DNA of 64,000 bases, taken from the IMG/VR virus record IMGVR_UViG_3300034106_002431. One strand, written 5' to 3'. The position numbers and the translations under genes were made by a program. This DNA is from an uncultured virus (IMG/VR IMGVR_UViG_3300034106_002431) (taxonomy: Duplodnaviria; Heunggongvirae; Uroviricota; Caudoviricetes). The number at the start of each line of letters is the position of its first letter. The stretch's first letter is position 1. The notes below the pieces were generated by a model. That model was given only the letters and a program-made list of their open reading frames with translations. It was not told where the DNA came from and made no database searches. Positions 10,755 through 20,037 of this stretch are shown here, in pieces.

Positions 10755-11522
10755 TTATTTGTATTCTCTGCGGGACCAAACTTTTTTAATGTACACTCCT
10801 CCATCAGGTTGCCGATAGAATTTTGCGTTATCTACCATTTTACCATATATCTCAGACTGCCCTAAAATTTCTATTTCGTGTTCCCAGTTTTCTCTTTTAA
10901 ATGGTAGTACCTGCATGTATGGGGTTCCAGCAGGGAGCGTTCCTTCCCAGCCTTCTGCTATAAAAAATGGAAAACTTCCAAGAAGATGTACCTTGTCAGA
11001 ATCTACAACTCCAGTTGTGTTCATAAACGGAAGATCAAACCTATTCATTGGTGTCATAAATAATGCGCTATAGCCTTCTGGCAACTCTAGGCCCCATGGA
11101 GAACTCCACGCAAAGTGGTACTGGTAGTATCCTTTAGGGTGTTCAAACTGTGGCATTGGTGGTCTTTGTGTACAGAAGTCTTTATACTTAGGGTCATCAA
11201 TTGTAACATTTATAATACCCTGAGAATTTTTAGCAAACTTTAAATCGCATGGAGTTTTAAAAACATATCCAGTTGCAAACGCATCCATGATTGCAGGACA
11301 CGCTTTCCATGTAGGGATCTTTCCATAATCATCTGTTGTGCCTTCTTTGGGAAATGGACAGACCTCTTTTGGTGCTTTATAGTATTCACCACTTGGCATT
11401 TTTGCAAATCTATCTGCATCCTTATACCAGTCTGGCATTTCTTTTTGTGTTGGTACTGGCGTAGAAATATTATCTTTATCTAACCAGGGTCTGAAAGATC
11501 TGAACTTAGCGACTAAAGACAC
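10755..11522 (-). CDS. Conserved phage protein, distantly like the neighbouring DUF6065-type protein
   Basis: TWKACPAIMDAF...GVVDSD...AGTPYMQVLPFKRE. Confidence 0.5.
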   Translation of the reverse strand: MSLVAKFRSFRPWLDKDNISTPVPTQKEMPDWYKDADRFAKMPSGEYYKAPKEVCPFPKEGTTDDYGKIPTWKACPAIMDAFATGYVFKTPCDLKFAKNSQGIINVTIDDPKYKDFCTQRPPMPQFEHPKGYYQYHFAWSSPWGLELPEGYSALFMTPMNRFDLPFMNTTGVVDSDKVHLLGSFPFFIAEGWEGTLPAGTPYMQVLPFKRENWEHEIEILGQSEIYGKMVDNAKFYRQPDGGVYIKKVWSRREYK

Positions 11523-12235
11523 TACTTGTGTCCTAGTTCATTAATGTCTGTCATTACGACAACACAATACTTTGTTCCCTCTTTCATAGGCAATGAAGCA
11601 TGCTCATAGATATAGTTTGATGGGCAAAGAACAATGTCTCCTATTTTTGGACTATGAGTGTAGTTGTCCATTCTTGGAAACCTAATTTCTCCACCTTCGT
11701 AGTCTTCGTTTATATATACAACAGCCGATACCGTACAGTTGTACATTGGACCGTGGTCTGCATGAATATTAAAGTGGGTTCCTTCTCCTTCATACTTTAC
11801 AAAGTTAAAGGCTTCATAATACACAACATTGATGCCCCAATATCTAGCATAATCATCAACACATAACTTTAACTTTTGATAAATTTCTTCATGAAGATCA
11901 ATAAGTTCAGAGTTGTGTTCATCTCTTGGTCCCAAGTTTTCTTGCTTAAACCTAAAGTCTACAGCGTCTCTAGCCTTCTTAATTGGGACATCAGAATTAG
12001 TTACTTTTGCTTCTGACCATTTATACTTACCGTTTCCGCCAAGATTTGATTCTAGAATGTTTATGTATCTTTCAGAATCTTCTTTTGAAAATACGTTTCT
12101 ATATAGGTTAATTCCTAATGCTGGGTTTTCAACTAAAATATTATTCTCAATAGTTCTTGATGGATATCTGTTTACTGCAGTTTCTGATCTATCCTTAGTG
12201 AACCAAGGGGTCTCATTTTCATCATAAGTTGTCAT
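11522..12235 (-). CDS. 2OG-Fe(II) oxygenase (paralog of 10061-10744)
   Basis: YEAFNFVKY, HADHG, YINEDYEGGEI, HAS...KY. Confidence 0.88.
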   Translation of the reverse strand: MTTYDENETPWFTKDRSETAVNRYPSRTIENNILVENPALGINLYRNVFSKEDSERYINILESNLGGNGKYKWSEAKVTNSDVPIKKARDAVDFRFKQENLGPRDEHNSELIDLHEEIYQKLKLCVDDYARYWGINVVYYEAFNFVKYEGEGTHFNIHADHGPMYNCTVSAVVYINEDYEGGEIRFPRMDNYTHSPKIGDIVLCPSNYIYEHASLPMKEGTKYCVVVMTDINELGHK

Positions 12236-12308
12236 AAATTATTTCCCTATTCCTTTGTTTTAGTTGTGATTATATTATATCACAAAACAATTGTCTAGAT
12301 ATTTTTTA

Positions 12309-12737
12309 TTAAACTGGTGAGATTTCTCTGGTTACTTGATTGTATGAAACCTTTGTTCCATTAACTGCAAAAGCACATTTTACCAAGAACACTTCTCCAG
12401 CAAATGCTGCATCATAAAGTTCTGCCTTTTCGTTATCAGAGTCCATACTCATTCTGTGGATAATCTTGTTTCCACATAAGAAAGCATACTGCTTATATGA
12501 GTCTTTTTCTTCTTGAGTCAGGGCTAAGAAGCCTTCATTTGCAGTTCCGTCAAATGATGTTCCATTCCAGGTTGAACCCTTTGTGGCTGTTGCCTTATGG
12601 TCTGTTATGTTCATACCAACTACAGGAAGACCTTTATCCCACTCAGAATCAAGAGAGGCTCTTACTTCCTCCGTAGTTCTAAGTGCTGAGATTACATCAT
12701 AAGTATCTTCAGTATCTTTAACAATTATTGCGTACAT
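12309..12737 (-). CDS. Hypothetical protein
   Basis: 142-aa ORF with AAGGAG RBS, directly downstream of the Pro/Phe-repeat gene. Confidence 0.7.
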   Translation of the reverse strand: MYAIIVKDTEDTYDVISALRTTEEVRASLDSEWDKGLPVVGMNITDHKATATKGSTWNGTSFDGTANEGFLALTQEEKDSYKQYAFLCGNKIIHRMSMDSDNEKAELYDAAFAGEVFLVKCAFAVNGTKVSYNQVTREISPV

Positions 12738-12773
12738 AGTTTAGATCTCCTTTAGTGTAGTATAACATATTTA

Positions 12774-13820
12774 TTAACACCCACAACTACCGCAGCAACC
12801 AGGGCATGCTTGCCAGCAATAACTTCTGATACATCCTGAACAACCACTGCTAGTGAAGGTTGGTGGGAAGAATGGTGGGAAGAATGGGAAGAATGGGAAG
12901 AACGGTGGGAAGAATGGGAAGAACGGGAAGAATGGGAAGAATGGTGGGAAGAACGGGAAGAACGGGAAGAACGGTGGGAAGAATGGGAAGAACGGGAAGA
13001 ATGGGAAGAATGGTGGGAAGAACGGGAAGAATGGTGGGAAGAACGGTGGGAAGAATGGGAAGAATGGTGGGAAGAACGGTGGGAAGAATGGGAAGAATGG
13101 TGGGAAGAACGGTGGGAAGAATGGTGGGAAGAACGGTGGGAAGAATGGGAAGAACGGGAAGAACGGTGGGAAGAACGGTGGGAAGAATGGGGGGAAAAAT
13201 GGGGGGAAGAACGGGAAGAATGGAGCAATAGTAGTTACGTTGTTAGATGCTGGTGATGTTGCTGATGTTCCATTAGCATTTACTGCTCTAACAGTGTAAG
13301 TCTGTGCTGTATTTGCTTCTTGTCCAACAGAGACTGAAGTTCCTGCTGTTGAGTTAGTCTTGCCATCTGATGCTGCCCAAACATAAGAGGTAATTGCACT
13401 TCCTCCGTTTGCTGGTGCTGTCCAAGAAACTGAGTCAGCATCTACTCCTGCTGTTGCAGTTGGTGCTGAAGGAGTTGCTGGTACTGTTGTTACTGTTACT
13501 GCAGCAGAAGCAGCAGATGCTGCGGAAGTTCCTGCAGCATTAGTTGCTGTTACTGTAAATGTTACAGATGCTGCTGACGCAATACCTTCAACAATAAGTG
13601 GAGAAGATGCTCCAGTTTTTGTTTGTCCAGTACTTGCTGTTACTGTAAAAGATGTAGCAGCAGGAGAAAGTGCTGGTAAAGAAAACGCTACAGAAACTGC
13701 TCCATTATTGAAGGCTCTTCCTGTTCCAACGTTTGTTCCTGTAACACCTGTTGGTGCTAATGGCTCCAAGAAGTCATTTGACGCTTGGGACTTTCTACCT
13801 GATTTCTTACCTGCTGCCAT
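12774..13820 (-). CDS. Fibronectin-III-domain virion protein with a long Pro/Phe-only repeat and a Cys-rich C-terminus
   Basis: FN3 signatures (VSWTAPANGGSAITSY, YTVRAVNANG); about 120 aa of PPFF/PFF; ends GCSGCIRSYCWQACPGCCGSCGC. Confidence 0.8.
   Translation of the reverse strand: MAAGKKSGRKSQASNDFLEPLAPTGVTGTNVGTGRAFNNGAVSVAFSLPALSPAATSFTVTASTGQTKTGASSPLIVEGIASAASVTFTVTATNAAGTSAASAASAAVTVTTVPATPSAPTATAGVDADSVSWTAPANGGSAITSYVWAASDGKTNSTAGTSVSVGQEANTAQTYTVRAVNANGTSATSPASNNVTTIAPFFPFFPPFFPPFFPPFFPPFFPFFPFFPPFFPPFFPPFFPPFFPFFPPFFPPFFPFFPPFFPPFFPFFPPFFPFFPFFPFFPPFFPFFPFFPPFFPFFPFFPFFPPFFPFFPFFPPFFPPTFTSSGCSGCIRSYCWQACPGCCGSCGC
12860..13222 (-). repeat. Tandem 9-/12-nt coding repeat (PFF/PPFF)
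   Basis: GGTGGGAAGAAY and GGGAAGAAY units on the + strand. Confidence 0.95.
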
Positions 13821-13852
13821 TTGTATCTCCTAATTTCTTATTGAATTTTGTA

Positions 13853-15451
13853 TTACGCTGTCAAGTCGCCGTAGACAACCCATGTGTTTTCTGCTCTCTT
13901 GAAAAGAGTTGCAGATGACCACTGAGTTCTCAACTTAAGACCTGGTGTTGCATTTACGGTAACTCCTGCTGCTCCAGCAATCGTTACTTGACCTGCACCA
14001 GTTTGAAGAATATCTAAAGATGTTCCTACTGGGTAAGCAATTGATGAATTTAGCGGAATTGTTAATGTAAGTGCTGATGCTGAACCCATTTCAATTAAAT
14101 CATCTCTGTGATCTAGCGTTGATAGAGTATAAGATGCTGTCTTTTGTGTAATTGGTGTGTATGAATCTACCTTTGTTGCAAGTGATGTTGTAACTGTTGA
14201 AGCAAAGTTAGCATCATCGCCAAGTGCTGCAGCAAGTTCGTTAAGGGTATTAAGTGCGTTTGGTGCACCATCAATAACTGCTGTTACTTCTGCAATTGCT
14301 TCAGACTTTGCTGTTGCGATTGCTGTTACAGTTGCTGTTGAAACTGGCTTGTCAGCATCTGATGTATTGTCAACATTTCCAAGACCTAGAGTGGTTTTTG
14401 TAACTGCTGCCACATCTGCAGTTGTTGCAAGAAGTGATGTGTCTGCGATGCCGTGTACATTTAGTGTTTCTGCATTGTGATCAGTAATTGCATCGTCTGC
14501 ATATGTCTTTGTTGCTACTGTTGAGTCGATATCAAACTGCTCATCTTCTGAGTTCCAGTCAATTCCAACGCCAGCAAGTGCTGATTGGTCTATAACTGCT
14601 CCGTTAACCGCATCTGTAAGTTGTTGCTGTGTAACAAGAACAGTTGTATCATTAATTCCATGTACATTTGATGTATCTGAATTGTGTGTCGATAGGGCTG
14701 TATCTGCTGCTTCGCCTGCTGCAGTAATTGCTTCTGTTTTAGCAGTTGATACATTTCCTGTTGTTGCTAGAAGAGAAGTATCTGCAATTCCATGCACATT
14801 TGTTGTATCTGAATTATGTGTTGAAATCGCAGTTGATGAAGCCGTTGCTGCATCTGCAATTGCCTCTGACTTGGCAGTTGACACATTTGTAAGAGTTGCT
14901 AGAACTGAAGTGTCTGCAATTCCGTGAACATTTGTTATGTCTGCTTCGTGAGCAGAAAGTGCTGTTGCAGCACCTTGTGCTGCGGTAGCAACATCTCCTG
15001 TTGTTGCAAGAAGTGCTGTGTCAGCAATACCATGAACAAGTGTTGTGTCTGAAGCGTGTGCTGCTAGTGCTACTGCTGCTCCTGTTGCTGCTGTATTAAC
15101 ATCTCCTGTTGTTGCAAGAAGAGCAGTGTCAACAATACCGTGAATCATAGTTGTATCATTTTGGTGGTTTGTTAGGTTTGTTCCCATTGTTAAATAAAAT
15201 TGTGGATCATCATTGATCGCTTGTGCCAACTCATCAAGAGAATTGAGAAGTGCTGGCATGTCGCCACCGATGATGGCTGCTAGTTCTGATGCATTAGCAA
15301 AGTACTGTAATGCTGACCATGTAGATGAGCCATTACCCATCTTAAACTTACTTGTGTCGGTTTCAAAACCGATCTCACCTGCTGCTAGAATTGGGTTTGC
15401 AGCCGTCCATTGTGCTGCAGTACCTCTGCGCTGTTGCATTCTTGTTGCCAT
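13853..15451 (-). CDS. Tail fibre protein with an Mtd/hyaluronidase-type N-terminus and HGIADT repeats
   Basis: QRRGTAAQWTAANPILAAGEIGFETDT; repeated H..DT.NVHGIADT; LNTLNELAAALGDD. Confidence 0.8.
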   Translation of the reverse strand: MATRMQQRRGTAAQWTAANPILAAGEIGFETDTSKFKMGNGSSTWSALQYFANASELAAIIGGDMPALLNSLDELAQAINDDPQFYLTMGTNLTNHQNDTTMIHGIVDTALLATTGDVNTAATGAAVALAAHASDTTLVHGIADTALLATTGDVATAAQGAATALSAHEADITNVHGIADTSVLATLTNVSTAKSEAIADAATASSTAISTHNSDTTNVHGIADTSLLATTGNVSTAKTEAITAAGEAADTALSTHNSDTSNVHGINDTTVLVTQQQLTDAVNGAVIDQSALAGVGIDWNSEDEQFDIDSTVATKTYADDAITDHNAETLNVHGIADTSLLATTADVAAVTKTTLGLGNVDNTSDADKPVSTATVTAIATAKSEAIAEVTAVIDGAPNALNTLNELAAALGDDANFASTVTTSLATKVDSYTPITQKTASYTLSTLDHRDDLIEMGSASALTLTIPLNSSIAYPVGTSLDILQTGAGQVTIAGAAGVTVNATPGLKLRTQWSSATLFKRAENTWVVYGDLTA

Positions 15452-15509
15452 TTATATATTCTCCTTATGGGGGCTGCCCATTAACTTATCTTATTATAAC
15501 ATCAATTTT

Positions 15510-15959
15510 TTAGTTGAAGTTATCTACTACACTACCGCCATCGAATACAACTGTCCAAACTGTCGAGTCTGGTCCACCTGCATCCAAACCTACACCCAAG
15601 GGGCTGTTGAATGATCCACCTTCATAGAACTGGGATACTATGAAACCAGTTCCATCAATTGCGGTATCGTGAATGTGCTGTGGTAAGTTATTTGTATCAT
15701 CGATAGTTGCTTGGGTATACCAAATTCCATCGTAATAAAAATTAACTCTGTTTGTTCCAGTGTCTAACCACTGAGTTCCATTAGTTGGTGAAGAAGGAGC
15801 AGTTGAGCCAACAGCCATTGATCGGTTATCGACATACTCCTTAGTTGCTGCATGGGCATTAAGAGTTGGGGCTCCTACTGTTACTGCATCTCCGAATGTA
15901 CCGCCGTTTGCTACGACTAACCCATTCTTGACCTTGAAGTCTTTATCGACTGTTGCCAT
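15510..15959 (-). CDS. Virion/tail fibre-associated protein
   Basis: MATVDKDFKVKNGL N-terminus shared with the neighbour; HAATKEYVD fibre motif. Confidence 0.65.
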   Translation of the reverse strand: MATVDKDFKVKNGLVVANGGTFGDAVTVGAPTLNAHAATKEYVDNRSMAVGSTAPSSPTNGTQWLDTGTNRVNFYYDGIWYTQATIDDTNNLPQHIHDTAIDGTGFIVSQFYEGGSFNSPLGVGLDAGGPDSTVWTVVFDGGSVVDNFN

Positions 15960-15994
15960 TTACTACTCCCTCTTCCAACTATTTTTATTTTTTA

Positions 15995-17620
15995 TTAAAC
16001 TAGAAGTGTACCCATAACAGTAACTGTTGAGTCATTGTTAGCGGTTGTTACCTGTAGTTGTACGTTTGCTCCTGAAATACCTGCTGAAATTGATGACGCT
16101 GAGCCATTTGTTCCAACAATTCCGTATTCAGTGATTGCAATGTTATCTGAAGAGTCAAGTGTCAAAAGGACCTTTGATATTTCAGTATGTGTTCCGTAGG
16201 CAACCTTTACAAGGTATTCTGCTGAACGGTAGTCAGCCTTTGCGAAGGCGTGTGCTACTTGAATTCCTGCTGTTGGTGCTGAAAGTGTTGCTGCGACCTG
16301 CTTAGCAACTGAGTTTAACTCAACTGAAGTAAATGAACGATTTGTTCCATCTACTGCAGTACGAGCACGAGCATCTGTAAAGTAAAGGTTTGTACCTTCT
16401 GCAAGATCAGTTGTTGTAGAATCTGCTACACCGTTTTCTGCGGTAATAGTAAGTCCTGCACCTGTTCCTGTGATTGTAATGTTTGTAAGTGAAGCACCAG
16501 TCAAAAGACTTGCTGCTGAAGACTTAGCACGAGCATCTGTGAAGTACTGTGTTGTTCCTTCTGCTACATCGTCTGTTGTAAGTGCATCTGCGTGTGCGAT
16601 TGCTGCTGCTTCTGCTGCATTTGCCTTTGAAGTTGCATCTGCTGAGGCAGTTGCTTCTGCTGCTGCTTGTGCAGCGTTAGCCTTTGAGGTAGCATCCGAT
16701 GATGCTGTAGCCTCTGCTGCAGCCTGTGCTGCATTAGCCTTTGAGGTAGCATCTGATGATGCTGTTGAAATTGCATTTGATTCTGCTGAATCAACATATG
16801 CCTTTGTTGCTGCATGTAGGTTGCTTGTTGGTGCACCTGAAAGTGTCAAAGCACCTGTCATTGTGTCGCCAGCCTTTGAAACCTTTGTTCCTACTGATGT
16901 AGCAAGGTCTGTTGCATAGTTTGGATTATCTCCAATTGCTGCTGCCAACTCATTGAGTGTATCAAGAAGTGCTGGTGCTGAATCTACAAGTGCTGCAATT
17001 TCAGTGTCTGTGTAAGCCTTAGCATCTACCTCTGCTTGGTCAGCGTATGCCTCGTAAGCAGTTGTGATTGCAGTTTCACGAGTGTCTGTGTAAGCCTCTG
17101 CTGCTGTCTGAGCAACGCTAATTTCTGTTGCTGTCTTGTATGCTGACCAAACCTCTGTTGAAAGGTTTGATGCATCATTGATCAAGTCATCTGCGTAGTC
17201 TTTAGCATCTTGCTCTGCTGTGTCAGCGTATGCTTCGTAAGCAGTTGTAATTGCTGTCTCACGAGTATCTGTATATGCTTTAGCATCTACTTCTGCTTGA
17301 TCAGCGTATGCTTCGTAAGCAGTTGTAATTGCTGCTTCTCTTCCATCTGTGTAAGAGTTTGCTGCTGCTTCTGCTGCATCTGCTGAACCTGCTTCATCAT
17401 AATAAGCATCTACTACTGTACGATCAAGTGAAAGTTCTCCACCTGCTGAAACATCAAACTGGTTTGATACTGACTTGACTAGTGTTTCTCCACCAATCAA
17501 ATCAAGAATGTATTGATCTCCTGCATTTTCTGTAAGAATTACCTCACCGTTGATTGTACCTTGTAGGCCTTCAACGACGAGTCCACTCTTAATCTTAAAA
17601 TCTTTATTTACTGTTGCCAT
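15995..17620 (-). CDS. Tail fibre protein with Ala-rich coiled-coil repeats
   Basis: LDTLNELAAAIGD, HAATKAYVD, DATSKANAAQAAAE repeats, EGTNLYFTDARAR. Confidence 0.75.
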   Translation of the reverse strand: MATVNKDFKIKSGLVVEGLQGTINGEVILTENAGDQYILDLIGGETLVKSVSNQFDVSAGGELSLDRTVVDAYYDEAGSADAAEAAANSYTDGREAAITTAYEAYADQAEVDAKAYTDTRETAITTAYEAYADTAEQDAKDYADDLINDASNLSTEVWSAYKTATEISVAQTAAEAYTDTRETAITTAYEAYADQAEVDAKAYTDTEIAALVDSAPALLDTLNELAAAIGDNPNYATDLATSVGTKVSKAGDTMTGALTLSGAPTSNLHAATKAYVDSAESNAISTASSDATSKANAAQAAAEATASSDATSKANAAQAAAEATASADATSKANAAEAAAIAHADALTTDDVAEGTTQYFTDARAKSSAASLLTGASLTNITITGTGAGLTITAENGVADSTTTDLAEGTNLYFTDARARTAVDGTNRSFTSVELNSVAKQVAATLSAPTAGIQVAHAFAKADYRSAEYLVKVAYGTHTEISKVLLTLDSSDNIAITEYGIVGTNGSASSISAGISGANVQLQVTTANNDSTVTVMGTLLV

Positions 17621-17638
17621 TTTTTATATCTCCTTTTA

Positions 17639-18085
17639 TTATGCCTTAAGTCCAATTCGTGCGAAACGAACTGTGACTGGCTTGATCGCTTGGTCTGGAG
17701 TGACTGTTAAGGCCACGGTATTTCCAGTGCGAGAGACATTAATGGTGCCAATATTCCCATCATTGTCGATTGTTCCGTATTCGCTGACATTTACATTTGT
17801 ACCGTCAACGAGAATTGTAAGTTCGGTTGCATAGAACTTGTTGTCCCCTGCAGTGGTCTTTGATATTGAAACAATATACTTGACCATACGCCAAACTGTA
17901 GCATCAAAGTTATCAACAACAGTTACGTTTTCAATACCAGTGATTGTATTTTCATTATTACCTGCAGAGCCCAAGTCTGTTGACTGAGCAGTTGCGGTAT
18001 CGATTAAATCTTCATAGTTTTCTTGAGTAGGTCTATCTCCTGTTTGGAATAGAGCCTTAACTGATGGAATTGATACTTTGGCCAT
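17639..18085 (-). CDS. Virion structural protein
   Basis: FQTGDRPTQENYEDLID; C-terminal EYG domain like that of 15995-17620. Confidence 0.6.
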   Translation of the reverse strand: MAKVSIPSVKALFQTGDRPTQENYEDLIDTATAQSTDLGSAGNNENTITGIENVTVVDNFDATVWRMVKYIVSISKTTAGDNKFYATELTILVDGTNVNVSEYGTIDNDGNIGTINVSRTGNTVALTVTPDQAIKPVTVRFARIGLKA

Positions 18086-18118
18086 GTAGTGATTATATCA
18101 TCCCTTTTAATAGTACTA

Positions 18119-18364
18119 TTAAAGAATATAGTTACTATAACCAATAACTTGAAGAGGAATTGGAGGTGGATTTGTTTTAGAGTATCCAAACACACTTACA
18201 TTTATAAACTGAACTCTAAACGGCAAAACCTCTTGAACCCTAGCCTTTGGCTGGAAGTGATCGATCTTTATTCTTTTGACATCAAGATCTTGAATCTGTG
18301 TATGAGCAAGCCTATGGGTTGTTCTGTAAAACTCTTGTGATAGTGGGGTTAGGTTTGTTGGCAT
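18119..18364 (-). CDS. Hypothetical protein
   Basis: 81-aa ORF translationally coupled to the upstream gene. Confidence 0.6.
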   Translation of the reverse strand: MPTNLTPLSQEFYRTTHRLAHTQIQDLDVKRIKIDHFQPKARVQEVLPFRVQFINVSVFGYSKTNPPPIPLQVIGYSNYIL

Positions 18365-18753
18365 TACTGCGTTACATCTTCAAGGATAACCATTGACCCT
18401 TTGGCTACCGTCCAAACTCTGCCTTCTGATAGAAGTTCTGTGAGTTGGATGTCGAAGATATCTCCTGTCTCAAGAAGTTCTGATTGAGAGGATGTAAGGT
18501 TTACAGTAAAACTTCCTTCTGTGTCCTGAAACTCAATTGGCTCAGGGGATAAAGAAACAACAACCTCATCAGTTGAAGGACGATAAATATCCATAGCAAC
18601 TTCCCAATCATCAAGAAGAAGTGGCTCTCTAGCATCATTGGTTACATAAACACGAAATGCTGCAGAATCTCCACGAACAACAGTCCAACGAATTTCTGGT
18701 GGTGCTGAACCTAGCGCATAAGAGTCTGTGGGTTGATTTCTGAAGGTAGCCAT
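18364..18753 (-). CDS. Baseplate/adaptor-like virion protein (paralog of 27975-28370)
   Basis: WTVVRGDS...FDIQL...VWT...G...DVT; leaderless TATAAT promoter. Confidence 0.55.
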   Translation of the reverse strand: MATFRNQPTDSYALGSAPPEIRWTVVRGDSAAFRVYVTNDAREPLLLDDWEVAMDIYRPSTDEVVVSLSPEPIEFQDTEGSFTVNLTSSQSELLETGDIFDIQLTELLSEGRVWTVAKGSMVILEDVTQ

Positions 18754-18765
18754 AATGTTATTATA

Positions 18766-19314
18766 TCACGACAATCCGTCTTTGAGTGCTCCCCAAGTAC
18801 CGTTGCCTTTTGTTTGAACAATTAACATTCCTCCAAGTGCAAGGGTTGCTTGAATTGCAACGACTGCTATATATCTTGCTGGTCCAGTAGATGGACGACC
18901 TGCAACAAGAGTTCCATTATTGTCTACATAAATTTTTGTTCCAGCAGGCCCTAAGTCTGTTGTGTTCATTTGAATAACTCCAGAGACAATAACAAGACCG
19001 TTGGTATTTGTTGCAATATCATTTTTCACCAAACCAAGAATTGGAACATCTGGATTATGGGAAACACTTGATGGATTATATTTTTCAACTAATGATTTTC
19101 CAGAAACACTTCCGCTAATAAAAACTGGAGTACCCTGAGAAATTGCTGCGTTTGTGGTATTTCTAACATCAATATATGCTGCTCCGTATCCTAATGGGGG
19201 AAGAATATTATTTAGCGCATCTACCAATACCTTGAAATCTCCGTGTACATTGACGGGATCTGAGGCAATAGGGTATGAAAGCGAAGTAGGATAGTTAGAT
19301 GCATATTGTGGCAT
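18766..19314 (-). CDS. Virion structural protein
   Basis: SLSYPIASDPVNVHGDF N-terminus; position in the structural module. Confidence 0.55.
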   Translation of the reverse strand: MPQYASNYPTSLSYPIASDPVNVHGDFKVLVDALNNILPPLGYGAAYIDVRNTTNAAISQGTPVFISGSVSGKSLVEKYNPSSVSHNPDVPILGLVKNDIATNTNGLVIVSGVIQMNTTDLGPAGTKIYVDNNGTLVAGRPSTGPARYIAVVAIQATLALGGMLIVQTKGNGTWGALKDGLS

Positions 19315-19416
19315 AATCTTTATTATACCACCCTCTGAAGTTGCTTTTTGAAAAATCTCATGATATACTTGGTAGTAACACCTACCAAGGTGTTATTGTT
19401 TTCTAAGGAGGAAACT

Positions 19417-19980
19417 ATGATTAAATTTATCGAAAGAAACAAAGAGATCATTAGCACACTCAGTATCGTAGCATTAGTAACTGTTTTGTCGAACGGAGCC
19501 AATGCTGATTCAGGTCTTGATACTAAGAACAATCTTAGCCTTGAACAGGCTCAGACATCGGAAACCACCTCGAAAGAGGTTTTTTTGGTTTCTAAGGCAA
19601 AAAAGTTAGAGAGTTTTGAGAATAAGGTTTCTCTGACTGATTTAGAACTAAAAGAACTGCTTTCGCTAGTAGGCTTCAAGGGCAAAGACCTTGTTGTGGC
19701 TTGGGCAGTAGCAAAGAAAGAATCTAATGGACGACCATTGGCCTTTAATGGCAATCACAAGACTGGCGACTCGTCTTATGGTATGTTCCAAATTAATATG
19801 ATTGATGCTCTTGGTCCTGATCGTAGAACCAAGTTTGATCTTGACTCAAATGCTGAGTTATTCAATCCCGTCAAGAATGCAGAGATTGCATACTATATGA
19901 CAAACGGTGGAGATGATTGGTCCTCATGGAAGGGCATCACTCCAAGAACCAAATACTGGATGGCTAAATTTCCTAAGTAA
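19417..19980 (+). CDS. Secreted lysozyme-like/lytic transglycosylase
   Basis: Signal/TM segment; AVAKKESNG catalytic Glu, SYGMFQIN, NAEIAY, WSSW; AAGGAGG RBS. Confidence 0.82.
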   Translation: MIKFIERNKEIISTLSIVALVTVLSNGANADSGLDTKNNLSLEQAQTSETTSKEVFLVSKAKKLESFENKVSLTDLELKELLSLVGFKGKDLVVAWAVAKKESNGRPLAFNGNHKTGDSSYGMFQINMIDALGPDRRTKFDLDSNAELFNPVKNAEIAYYMTNGGDDWSSWKGITPRTKYWMAKFPK

Positions 19981-19992
19981 TACATAAAAAAG

Positions 19993-20028
19993 AATACCCC
20001 CTTGGAGAAATCCTTGGGGGTATTTTTA
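19993..20028. terminator. Bidirectional intrinsic terminator
   Basis: AATACCCCC...GGGGGTATT stem flanked by A and T tracts, between convergent genes. Confidence 0.8.
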
Positions 20029-20037
20029 TGTTAAAAC

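Noticed and set aside
12860..13222. Possible CRISPR array
   Set aside because: The units are 9-12 nt with no unique spacers and lie inside a gene; no cas genes were seen.
12752..13299. ORFs with GKN, GRM/GRT and SSH repeats
   Set aside because: They are alternative-frame or antisense shadows of the PPFF repeat; only the minus-strand frame is continuous with the FN3 domains and the Cys tail.
13853..15451. Diversity-generating retroelement suggested by the Mtd-like N-terminus
   Set aside because: No reverse transcriptase and no template/variable repeat pair were seen in the window.
14157..17834. Plus-strand ORFs over the tail fibre genes
   Set aside because: They are antisense shadows of Ala/Thr-rich minus-strand genes.
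19368..19397. Apparent pseudoknot upstream of the lysozyme-like gene
   Set aside because: The first stem overlaps the likely -10 box (TATACT), so only a simple 5' hairpin would be transcribed.
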